From Leucoraja erinacea (taxonomy: Eukaryota): 64,000 nt of DNA. Each line of letters starts with the position of its first letter. The first letter of the stretch is position 1. Below are positions 1-9,600 of this stretch, one piece after another. The notes under the pieces are model-generated. The model worked only from the letters and a program-made list of their open reading frames with translations, was not told where the DNA came from and did not search any database. The stretch covers positions 76,508,001 through 76,572,000 of the forward strand of contig NC_073378.1 of assembly GCF_028641065.1 (NCBI RefSeq), in the 5' to 3' direction. Position numbers and translations under genes: made by a program.

Positions 1-347
1 CGCTAAAGAGTTGGCGTACAAAGCGCTAAACACAACGCTACAGATTTGGTGCGCAAATCAATACACACAGTGCCACAGACTTGGCGCGCAAATCAATATA
101 CACAGCGCAAAAGATGGTGCTCAAATCAATTCACAGTGCTACAGACTTGGTGCGCAAAGGTAATACGTGGTGCTGCCGGTTTGGTGCGCAAAGGTTTAAA
201 CTGCTGTCGGCTTAACGCGCTAAAATTTAAACAAAGCTATCAGCTACAGTGCTATGGGTTCTAAATATAACGTGATTGGTCACAGCGCATTGGGCTTTAA
301 ACACAGCACTATGGGTAACTGACTGTTCAGGCAAAATTCTCATAATG
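1..347 (-). mobile_element. Solo LTR (U3 part only, truncated by the window start), unit U1
   Basis: Homologous to 13648-13930 and 38043-38389. Confidence 0.7.
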
Positions 348-1377
348 GTGTTATGATGAATTCCAGTGCTAATAGGGAATGGATCCAATGTCTCTTCAGT
401 AGCTAAAAGCTGCTTCTTTGCAATGGCTGATGGTAATGTTTTTACTCGTGTGAAATTTAGTTGAAGCCTGCTTTGTATTGGAGATTTTTGTTTGCTTAGT
501 CGAGGGGGGCTTTCTATGTGTGTTTTATTTTTAAACTCTTATTTCCTCGAGGTGTGTTTTTTAGTCGAGGCGGACTTTTTACTGGTGAGGACACAAATCT
601 GCGCACCATTCAATCTGCGAGTCACCGTCATACCCAAAGACACTGGCGAGTCTACAAGCTTACCCCGCCAGGTCCAACTGTAGGTCTTGAAAGAGCCACC
701 AAAGGTAAGGTGCAGGAATAAGCCTTTGAGCCCATTGGCAGGAGATAGTGATCACCTGAGGCCGACTACCAGGGTAGGTATGATAACACTTAAAGAATCG
801 TGTTTGTGTTGATGAGTGTAATGATGAATTCCCGTGCTAATAGGCGATGGATCAAATGTCTGTTCAGTTGCTAAAAACTGCTTCTTTGCAATAGCTCTGA
901 TGATAATTTTGACGGGAGGGCAAGTGTCATATAAAACCAGCGAATATCTGATAATGAAGTCTCTCCTTGCCAGGGATGGGAACCCGGACCAGCAACTCAA
1001 TACTGGCTAAAAGAAAGTGAAAGAGATGCCAAATGGAAAGAAAAGATCCATCCAGGAAAAACCAAGAGAGTTAGAGCAGCAAAACTGATGCAGCTCATGG
1101 GAAAAGCCAAGAGATCACAGACCAGAAGTAGCTGGAGATGGAGACAACATGGATGGGAAAGCAAGTTGGTCACTCTTGTTGCTCATTGGTTACTCTTGTT
1201 TTTATTCAACATATGTTTTCTAACTTGATGTGCTTTTCCAAGAGATGAGATTTTTACTGGAGGAGGGTCTTGTGTGATTTTCTTTTTTAGTCAAGGTCAG
1301 CTTTTTGCTCCAAATGGGTTTTTTTAGTCTAGAAGGGCTTTCTGCTCATTTTTTTTTACTTGTGTGCATTGTAACTA

Positions 1378-3011
1378 CAGGTGCACAACCTTTTATCTGA
1401 AGATCCAAATAACGAAAACCTCCGAATAGCGGAGAAAGGTCCTTGAAAACGTTCACCGAGGGCGGCCCGCAGAAGTGACAGCGGAACCTCCGGTCGGTTC
1501 TCGAAGAAAGGGGAACTAAATCCCCATTCATAAAAGAAAAGGTGAGGGTATATTGCACGGGAGGGTTAATAATTGACAATATGCTGCTGCCTGTCCGCTT
1601 AGTTAAAAACTTCCCACGGTAGACTCACGATACACAGTGTATTCTCAGTCTAGCGTGGGACCTTTTTAACTCGGCGGGGAGGTAGCAACAGATTGTCGCT
1701 CCCTTCAGTTTCACCCCACCTACACCCCTCTGCTTCCCGGCCATGTGTGTGACCCCTTCCCTCCCCTCTGCAGCTCCCCGCTCATTGCACCGGTGCGGGG
1801 GCTTTGTACTGTCTTCACGTCGGCGATGCCAGCATACAATGCCAGTCACCGGAGACGTCAGGACCAATTGGACGTCGACCACCAGGCCCACGGAGAACCC
1901 AGAGACCCACAGCCAGCAGCAGCCCAGCCCAGCCCCGCTCCAAATACAGAGGAACCTGGGTTGCGGATGACGGAGCGCAGCTCGGGGCATCGTAGGGGCC
2001 CATCGGGGAGCGGGTTCCTGTTGGTCCTGACGTCTCCGGCCACCTGCTATCCTCCGGGAACTGTACTGCCCTTGCAGGAGAGTGGGGTTGTTTGCAGTTG
2101 CAGAGGGAGGGGGCAAGGGCGGTACAGTTCCCAGTCTCAGCTCCAGTCCAGGGGGGTGGCCGGAGACGTCAGGACCAACGGGACACCGACCCCCAGATCC
2201 ACTGCAAGCACGGAGATCCCAGAGACCCACAGCCAGCAGCAACTCCAGCCCAGCCCCGCTCCAACTCCAGAGGAATACGTAGGGGCAGAAGCTTATGGTG
2301 CGCATGGTACGTCTTGTTCTTGGGGTGGCGGATGAGGGGGCGCAGCTCGGGCTGTGGGCGAACTGCCACTTGTCGCCGTAGCGGCCCATCGGGGAGAGGA
2401 TTCCTCTGGAGGGGGAGGGGGTGTATTGTGCTGTTTGATCGCCCCCTGCTATCCCAGGGACAGGGAGACACAGCGGATTTTAAGACTGGTGGGCAATCAC
2501 TTCCATAGTTCTGCCCACACAGTCAGTACACCTCTCCTACACTGCATTTCATACAAACATTTATTCTGCAAGAAAAAACTACATTGAAGACTCAAACTCG
2601 CGACCGAGTAACTGCCAGGATCGAGGCGCAAATTCGCGACCTAACTCGGGGATTCAAGAAAACCCGAGCTAGGCCGCCTAAGGGCATGTAGCCCCGCTAG
2701 GGTGACATGAGTGCGAGAGGTGATTCAATGCTGCGGGTTCATTTACAAATTCAGGAATTCATTCAACACACTGCATTTCATACAGACATTTATTCTGCAA
2801 GAAAAAAAGACATTGAAGACTCAAACTCGCGACCGAGTGGCTGCCGGGATCAAGGCGCAAACTCGCGACCTTGCGGATATGAGCCGAGCACTCTACCACT
2901 GAGCTAGCCATTAAAATCTACGCAAAAAAATTTCCATTCTGAAGGCCACCAAATTCTGAATTACGAAAAGTGTCTGGTCCCAAGGCTTTCGGATAAAAGG
3001 TTGTGCACCTG
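1378..3011. mobile_element. Non-autonomous pogo/Tigger (Tigger4/Zombi-like) DNA transposon (MITE)
   Basis: ~24-bp TIRs CAGGTGCACAACCTTTTATC(T/C)GAA ... TTCGGATAAAAGGTTGTGCACCTG, flanked by TA at 1376-1377 and 3012-3013. The right end tctggtcccaaggctttcggataa resembles the Tigger4/MER46 end. No transposase ORF. Confidence 0.88.
2838..2910 (-). pseudogene. tRNA-Met(CAT)-like degenerate sequence inside the MITE (also ~16344-16416, ~23056-23131, ~40799-40871)
   Basis: Minus strand reads TGGCTAGCTCAGTGGTAGAGTGCTCGG-CTCATAT-CCGCAAGGTCGCGAGTTTGCGCCTTGA. A-box/D-arm intact, anticodon loop CT-CAT-AT, variable loop AGGTC; T-loop and stems are mismatched. Confidence 0.65.
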
Positions 3012-3013
3012 TA

Positions 3014-3430
3014 CTTTTTATTCGAGGCTTGTTTTTCAGTTAGGGCAGGAATTGTACTCGTTCTTGTGTCTCGAGGTGTGTTTTTTTTACTCGAGGCTGG
3101 CTTTTTTCTCAGTTTATTTTACTCGCGGTGGCTTTTTTTAGTCGAGATGGGTTTTTTAGTCGGGCGTGCATTTCCAAGGTTTGGGATTTTTACTTGAGGT
3201 GTGATTTTTACAGGAGGCGGGCTTTTAATTTTTTTTTTCCCTCAGTGTTTTTTAGTTGGCGGGTTTTTTACATGATTCTTTTCATACTCGTGTGAATTTT
3301 AGTTTAATCTAGCTTTTTATTGTAGATGTGTGTTTGCTTAGTCCAGGCTGACTTTTTATTTGTGTTTTTTTTACTGTTTTTTTTTCTCTAGGTTTGTTTT
3401 TTAGTCGAGGCGGACTTTTTACTGGTGAAG
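3014..3430. repeat. Degenerate ~18-bp T-rich minisatellite (ttttta[g/c]tcgaggYgNNN); related tracts at ~440-590, ~1250-1345, ~12880-12990, ~16520-17270, ~23231-23655, ~40975-41730
   Basis: Successive motifs tttttactcgaggctggc, tttactcgcggtggc, ttttttagtcgagatggg, tttttagtcgggcgtgc, tttttacttgaggtgtga, tttttagtcgaggcggac. Confidence 0.7.
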
Positions 3431-3630
3431 ACACAAATCTATTGCTCCTTCCACTCCCACAAACAGATGCTCCGGTTCTACTTGCACTTCCTGTAGGTCA
3501 GTGCAATGGTGGGGTGGGCAGTATTTGTGATGGATCGTTCAGTGCATTAGTGAAGGCAACAAGTAACTCCTTTGTCTTACAAAGGCAGAGAGTGAAATAA
3601 TTGTTCTGATACCACTCAATTGTATTGTAG

Positions 3631-3877
3631 GTCATACTGTGGATCTAAATGGAAAACCCGCACTGTGGAATCTCACGAGGTGCTCCTTAGGGAGGTCATC
3701 CGAGATCTATCTTAAGGACCAGATCAGTGCTACCAGAGCTCAACTGTCATCGACTCACTGAAAATCAGTGAGCTTAACTTGGAAGTGATCCTGCATGCCC
3801 AGGGAGAGAATTGTCCCCTGTCCGAGAAGATGAAGTACATCTACAACCTTCCTTCATGCGGTACAACTAAAGGTCTG
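3631..3877 (+). pseudogene. Decayed exon of an unidentified gene family (paralogous to 12122-12276; partial copy ending at 5747)
   Basis: Acceptor tgtattgtag at 3630. The 3' part reads STVIDSLKISELNLEVILHAQGENCPLSEKMKYIYNLPSCGTTKGL followed by GT, and aligns with the exon at 12122-12276. Confidence 0.45.
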
Positions 3878-4068
3878 GTTAAAGCTATTTTATTCCCTAA
3901 GACTGCTGTTTGTCTTTATTATGTCTAGATGTCCTATTTCTCTATTTGTAATGCTTAATTAAGAAACATGCAAGTATAGTTCAGATGAAGAATTAATGTT
4001 CAGACTTGGTAGCACGTGTCATAACTTATTAGTAATGTCATTGTGACAACGTAAAGTGCAGGAACAGA

Positions 4069-4206
4069 AATATTCAAGTTTATCGTCTGTTGAACACTAC
4101 ATCCTTCCTCCAACTTATGGATCCAGGTGTGATTACCATGTTTAATTTTTATTATCTCAACAAAACATTTGATGCTGTAATGAAGGCCACTGGTGATTGT
4201 AAAATG
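4069..4206 (+). pseudogene. Tigger/pogo transposase DDE-domain fragment (duplicated segment left of the minisatellite)
   Basis: Translates NIQVYRLLNTTSFLQLMDPGVITMFNFYYLNKTFDAVMKA, matching the pogo DDE_1 motif FLPPNTTS.(L/I)QPMDQGVI..FK.YY. Confidence 0.8.
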
Positions 4207-4208
4207 AA

Positions 4209-5478
4209 TGTGTGCCTTTTGTAACTGTGTGCCATTTGTAACTGTGCCATTTGTAACTGTGTGCCATTTGTAACCGCGTGCCTTTTGTAACTGTGTGCCT
4301 TTTGTAACTGTGTGCCTTTTGTAACTGTGTGCCTTTTGTAACTGTGCCTTTTGTAACTGTGCCTTTTGTAACTGTGTGCCTTTTGTAACCGCGTGCCTTT
4401 TGTAACCGCGTGCCTTTTGTAACCGCGTGCCTTTTGTAACAGAGTGCCTTTTGTAACCGCGTGCCTTTTGTAACCGCGTGCCTTTTGTAACCGCGTGCCT
4501 TTTGTAACCGCGTGCCTTTTGTAACCGCGTGCCTTTTGTAACCGCGTGCCTTTTGTAACCGTGTGCCTTTTGTAACCGCGTGCCTTTTGTAACCGCGTGC
4601 CTTTTGTAACCGCGTGCCTTTTGTAACCGCGTGCCTTTTGTAACCGTGTGCCTTTTGTAACCGCGTGCCTTTTGTAACTGCGTGCCTTTTGTAACCGTGT
4701 GCCTTTTGTAACTGTGTGCCTTTTGTAACCGTGTGCCTTTTGTAACTGTGTGCCTTTTGTAACTGTGTGCCTTTTGTAACTGTGTGCCTTTTGTAACTGT
4801 GTGCCTTTTGTAACTGTGTGCCTTTTGTAACTGTGTGCCTTTTGTAACTGTGTGCCTTTTGTAACTGTGTGCCTTTTGTAACTGTGTGCCTTTTGTAACT
4901 GTGTGCCTTTTGTAACTGTGTGCCTTTTGTAACTGTGTGCCTTTTGTAACTGTGTGCCTTTTGTAACTGTGTGCCTTTTGTAACTGTGTGCCTTTTGTAA
5001 CTGTGTGCCTTTTGTAACTGTGTGCCTTTTGTAACTGTGTGCCTTTTGTAACTGTGTGCCTTTTGTAACTGTGTGCCTTTTGTAACCGCTGCCTTTTGTA
5101 ACTGCCTGTTGCAACTGTGCCTTTTGCAACTGTGCCCCTTTTGTATCTGTGCCCCTTTTGCAACTGTGCCCCCTTTTGCAACTGTGCCCCCTTTGCAACT
5201 GTGCCCCCTTTGCAACTGTGCCCCCTTTGCAACTGTGCCCCCTTTGCAACTGTGCCCCTTTTGCAACTGTGCCCCTTTTGCAACTGTGCCCCTTTTGCAA
5301 CTGCCCCTTTTGCAACTGTGCCCCTTTTGCAACTGTGCCCCTTTTGCAACTGTGCCCCTTTTGCAACTGTGCCCCCTTTTGCAACTGTGCCCCCTTTTGC
5401 AACTTTTGCAACTGTGCCCCCTTTTGCAACTGTGCCCCCTTTTGCAACTGTGCCCCCTTTTGCAACTGTGCAACTGCC
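4209..5478. repeat. 17-18 bp minisatellite (gccttttgtaactgtgt / gccttttgtaaccgcgt / gccccc(t)tttgcaactgt), about 75 units
   Basis: Directly visible tandem units in homogeneous sub-blocks; source of the spurious KGTQLQKAHSYKRHTVT ORFs. Confidence 0.97.
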
Positions 5479-5953
5479 AGGCCTGAGTTACTGAACTGCT
5501 AGCCCAAAAATTCATTGGGCCCACAATGTCGATACTAGTCCTTTGGAAAACAGTCCCTTTGGCCCACAACATCCATGCTAGCACTCCAGAACCCCACACC
5601 CCCCCCCCCCAGTGAGCCAGTGAGCTTAACTTGGCTAGGTTGTGGACGTGATCCTCCACGTGATCCGTCCAGGGAGAGAATTGTCCCCTGTCCGAGAATA
5701 TGAAGTACATCTGTAACCTTCCTTCGTCCAGTACAACTAAAGGTCTGGTAAGAGCTGCGGAATATTTTACTCCCTAAGTCTGCTGTTTGCATTTATTATG
5801 TCTGGATGTCCTATTTCTCGATTTGTAATGCTTAATTAAAAAAACATGCAAGTATAATTCGGATGAAGAATTGATGTTCAGACTTTGTAGCATGTGTTAC
5901 AATTTATTAGTAATGCCAATGTTCCAAAGTAAATTGCAGGAACAGAAATTTTA

Positions 5954-6660
5954 CTGAACACTACATCCCTCCTCCAACTTATGGATCTGGGTGTGATTAG
6001 CATGTTTAATTTTTATTGTCTCACAAAATATTTGATGCTGTAATGAAGGCTACTGGTGATTGTAAAATGATTGTTAAAGATGTCTGGAAATCTTAACATT
6101 AGAGACTTCATAATGCTTGCTCGCAATGCATGGGACACGGTTGGTGTGTGAATGATGTTTGATAAAAACTGTGCCTGCATCTAGTGCCTGACCTGAGAGG
6201 TTTTAGGGTTGGTAATGCGCTATGTAAAACCAGTGGAAAAAGTTGAGTTTGTCTTAGAAATTAAGTTGTGAAGAGGTGAGTTGGAAGACATGCAGGAGTT
6301 ATTAGACTTATTAAAGAGAACGGACGCCCCAAGATTTGCTTGACCTTAAAACCGTGGGAACATGAAGCAGAGAAGATAGAGGAGGTTGAGGTTCTTTGAA
6401 ATCTAACAGCGAAGTGGTTGACAGATGCATTCTGTTTAATTGAGAGTGCTTCGGCTATTTTGATGAAGACGATCCAAATAATGAATTCAGATTCAGATTC
6501 AATTTTCATTGTCATTGTCAGTGTACAGTACAGAGACAACGAAATGCATTTAGCATCTCCCTTGAAGAGCGACATAGCAAACGATTTGAATAAAAAATAA
6601 ATAATAAGTGTGAACATAATGCAAAAGTGAGTAGAAATGTGCTTTCAGTTCTGAAATGTG
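5954..6660 (+). pseudogene. Decayed Tigger (TIGD1/Tigger1-like) transposase, DDE end plus C-terminal region, interrupted by a Rex1 3' tail
   Basis: Frameshifted reading LNTTSLLQLMDLGVISMFNFY..KDVWKS.NIRDFIMLARNAWDTV..KLCLHLVPDLRGF..ELEDMQELLD..LTAKWLTDAFCLIESASAI.DEDDPNNE|HNAKVSRNVLSVLKC is colinear with Tigger-type transposase C-termini. Confidence 0.82.
6486..6610 (-). mobile_element. Rex1/Babar LINE 3' tail fragment (also ~27169-27290)
   Basis: ttcagattcagattcaattttcattgtcattgtcagtgtacagtacagagacaacgaaatgc is the same 3' end, with a (GAATCT)n tail, as the RT-bearing insertions at 31143 and 48579. Confidence 0.8.
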
Positions 6661-6689
6661 TTGCTGGTGCAATTTTCAAGAAAGTGATG

Positions 6690-9600
6690 GTTGATGGGAA
6701 GATTTTCTTGAACCTGGAAAGAAGAGAAGATAAAGAAGAGGAGCATGTTGCAATGGTAGGTACAATAAATGCTGAAAGTGACACCTGAAAGCCAAGGGAT
6801 CTCTGGTATTGAAGCCTATCCTTGTCAAAGGACAAACACCACATACAAATCAACAGTAGACATAAGGAGGAAGAAATGACCGAGCAGAAAACATACATGG
6901 GAGGAGCAGCAGCATCACAACCCTACCACAGATTGTCTCTGGGAAAAACAAGGCATCGCAAGTCACCAGAAGTCGCTGGATCTAACGACGATTGAGAACC
7001 AAGCTGGACCCCTTTTTGTATTGTCATTGGATTCATCAGAAGGGCAAAGCCAGAAGAAAGATGTCAAATACCCTGACCAGCTCGGGGAGGACTCTGCTAG
7101 CAAGGCAGAATCTCCTGGAATTATGCATCTATTTGACTGAAGATGGACCCATCACCAATTTAACACTGAACACAAGAAAATACCAGTGACGACATGAAGG
7201 AAAAGACCCATCCAGGACCAAACAGGAGAGAATGAGCATCAAAACTGAAGCTGCTTGTTGGTCGGAAACACAAGTGAAGATGTAAAAGAGATCAAGGTGT
7301 GCCCTCCAAGAAAGGATTTGGCAGCTGAAGACGGGCCCACGGTGGGTGCCGGAGGTTGGACTTGCCCCGTGGTGGGTACCCTGAAAGAAGATGAAGAAGA
7401 GGAGCAAGTGGCAAAGAGTTTTGACAAATTACCCAATTTCGTCACCCAAGCGACACTGATAAAGAGAGTGAGCAGGGCCCTCAGGGAACGAGGAAGACGG
7501 GCAGAGCTGTCCAAGCGAGGACTCGACAGTTGAAGATGGGCCCTCGGTGAGTTCCGGAGGTCACAGAGAACACGAAGAGGAGCAAGTGCCAATGGTAGTT
7601 ACGTCACATTCAGAAAGCAACACATGAAATCTAAGGGATCCCTGGTAATGAAGCCTATCTTTGTCACAGGACAGAACCCACACCCAAGTCAACACTGGAC
7701 AAGATGAGGAACATACCTGGGAGGAACAGGAGCATTAGAACCCTACTACAGATTGTCGCTGGGAAAACCAAGGCATCGCAACTCACCAGACGTAGCTGGA
7801 GCTAACGATTGATTGAGAACCAAGGTATTTGCATTGTCATTGGATTCACCAGAAGGGCAAAGCCAGAGGAAAGATGTCAAATACCCTGACCAGCTCGGGG
7901 AGGACTCTGCTAGCAAGGCAGAATTTCCATGAATGATGCATCTTTTTGACTGAAGATGGAGCTATCACCTATATAACACTGAACACAAGAAAATACCAGT
8001 GATGACGAGGAGGAAAAGACCCATCCAGGACCAAACAGGAGAACATGAGCATCAAAACTGAAGCTGCTTGTTGGTGGGAAACACAAGCGAAGATGTTAAA
8101 GAGATCAAGGTGTGCCCTCCGTGAAAGGATTTGGCAGCTGAAGACGGGCCCTCGGTGGGTGTCGGAAAGAAGATGAAGAAGAGGAGCAAGTGGCAAAGAT
8201 ACTATATGACAAATTACCCAATTTCGTCACCCAAGCGACACTGATAAAGAGCGTGAGCTGGGCCTCAGGGGGCGAGGAAGACGGATGGAGCCGTCCCATC
8301 GAGGACTCGACAGCTGAAGACGGGCCCTCCCTGGGTTCCGGAAGTCAAAGAGAAGACGAAGAGGAGCAAGTGCCAATGGTAGTTACGTCAAATGCAGAAA
8401 GCAACACATGAAATCCAAGGGATCTCTGGTAATGAAGCGTATCTTTGTCACAGGACAGAACACACACCCAAGTCAACACTGGACAAAATGAGGAACATAC
8501 ATGGGAGGAACAGGAGCATCAGAACCCTACTACAGATTGTCCCTGGGAAATCCAAGGCATCGCAACTCACCAGAAATAGCTGGAGCTAACGACGATTGAG
8601 AACCCAGCTTTTTGCATTGTCATTGGATTCACCAGAAGGGCAAAGCCAGAAGAAAGATGTCAAATAGCCTGACCAGCTCGGGGAGGACTCTGCTAGCAAG
8701 GCAGAATTCTCCAGGAATTATGCATCTATTTGACTGAAGATGGACACATCACCAATTTAACACTGAACACAAGAAAATAACAGTGACGATGAAGAGGAAA
8801 AGACCCATCCAGGACCAAACAGGAGAGCATGAGCATCATAACTGAAGCTGCTTGTTGGTGGGAAACACAAGCGAAGATGTTAAAGAGATCAAAGTGTGCC
8901 CTCCAAGAAAGGATTTGGCAGCTGAAGACGGGCCCACGGTGGGTGTCGGAGGTTGGACTTGCCCCGTGGTGGGTACCCTGAAAGAAGATGTAGAAGAGGA
9001 GCAAGTGGCAAAGATTCTTATGACAAATTACCCAATTTCATCACCCAAGTGAGACGGATAAAGAGAGTGAGCTGGGCCCTCAGGGAGCGAGGAAGACGGG
9101 CAGAGCTGTCCAAGCGAGGACTCGACAGCTGAAGACGGGCCCTCGGTGGGTTCCGGAGGTCACAGAGAAGACGAAGAGGAGCAAGTGCCAATGGTAGTTA
9201 CGTCACATTCAGAAAGCAACACATGAAATCCAAGGGATCTCTGGTAATGAAGCCAATCTTTGTCACAGGACAGAACACACACCCAAGTCAACACTGGACA
9301 AAATGAGGAACATACCTGGGAGGAACAGGAGCATTAGAACCCTACTACAGATTGTCGCTGGGAAAACCAAGGCATCGCAACTTACCAGAAGTAGCTGGAG
9401 CTAACGATGATTGAGAACCAAGGTATTTGCATTGTCATTGGATTCACCAGAAGGGCAAAGCCAGAGGAAAGATGTCAAATACCCTGACCAGCTCGGGGGG
9501 GACTCTGCTAGCAAGGCAGAATCTCCAGGAATTATGCATCTTTTTGACTGAAGATGGACCCATCACCAATATAACACTGAACACAAGAAAATACCAGTGA

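Noticed and set aside
353-430. Box C/D snoRNA-like ATGATGA...CTGA (~78-80 nt), also 821-900
   Set aside because: No terminal stem, no recognisable rRNA complement, part of a larger duplicated module, and box C is deleted in the U4 copy (~38391-38400).
1625-2508. Multiple 100-250 aa ORFs in the GC-rich MITE interior
   Set aside because: Overlapping frames on both strands, no transposase motif, internal ~300-bp duplication, and frames not conserved among the four copies.
2838-2910. Functional tRNA-Met gene
   Set aside because: Acceptor and anticodon stems are mismatched and the T-loop is TTTGCGC rather than TTCGANY; kept only as a tRNA-derived relic.
4209-5478. CRISPR-like array
   Set aside because: No unique spacers, no cas genes, eukaryotic context.
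4000-5710. 437-574 aa ORFs (KGTQLQKAHSYKRHTVT repeats), also at ~17839-18885, 24390-26170 and 42299-43198
   Set aside because: All three minus frames are open because the 17-bp unit has no stop on that strand; the period is not a multiple of 3 and lengths vary between copies.
3765-6070. LTR pair flanking the minisatellite
   Set aside because: The repeats lack TG..CA ends, PBS/PPT and TSD, and contain exon and transposase sequence; a tandem duplication explains them better.
7999-8065. GTGATGA...CTGA in the 0.8-kb monomers suggesting a SNORD115/116-like cluster
   Set aside because: Box C varies freely among monomers (GTGACGA, GTGTTGA, GTGATGC) and no kink-turn stem forms.
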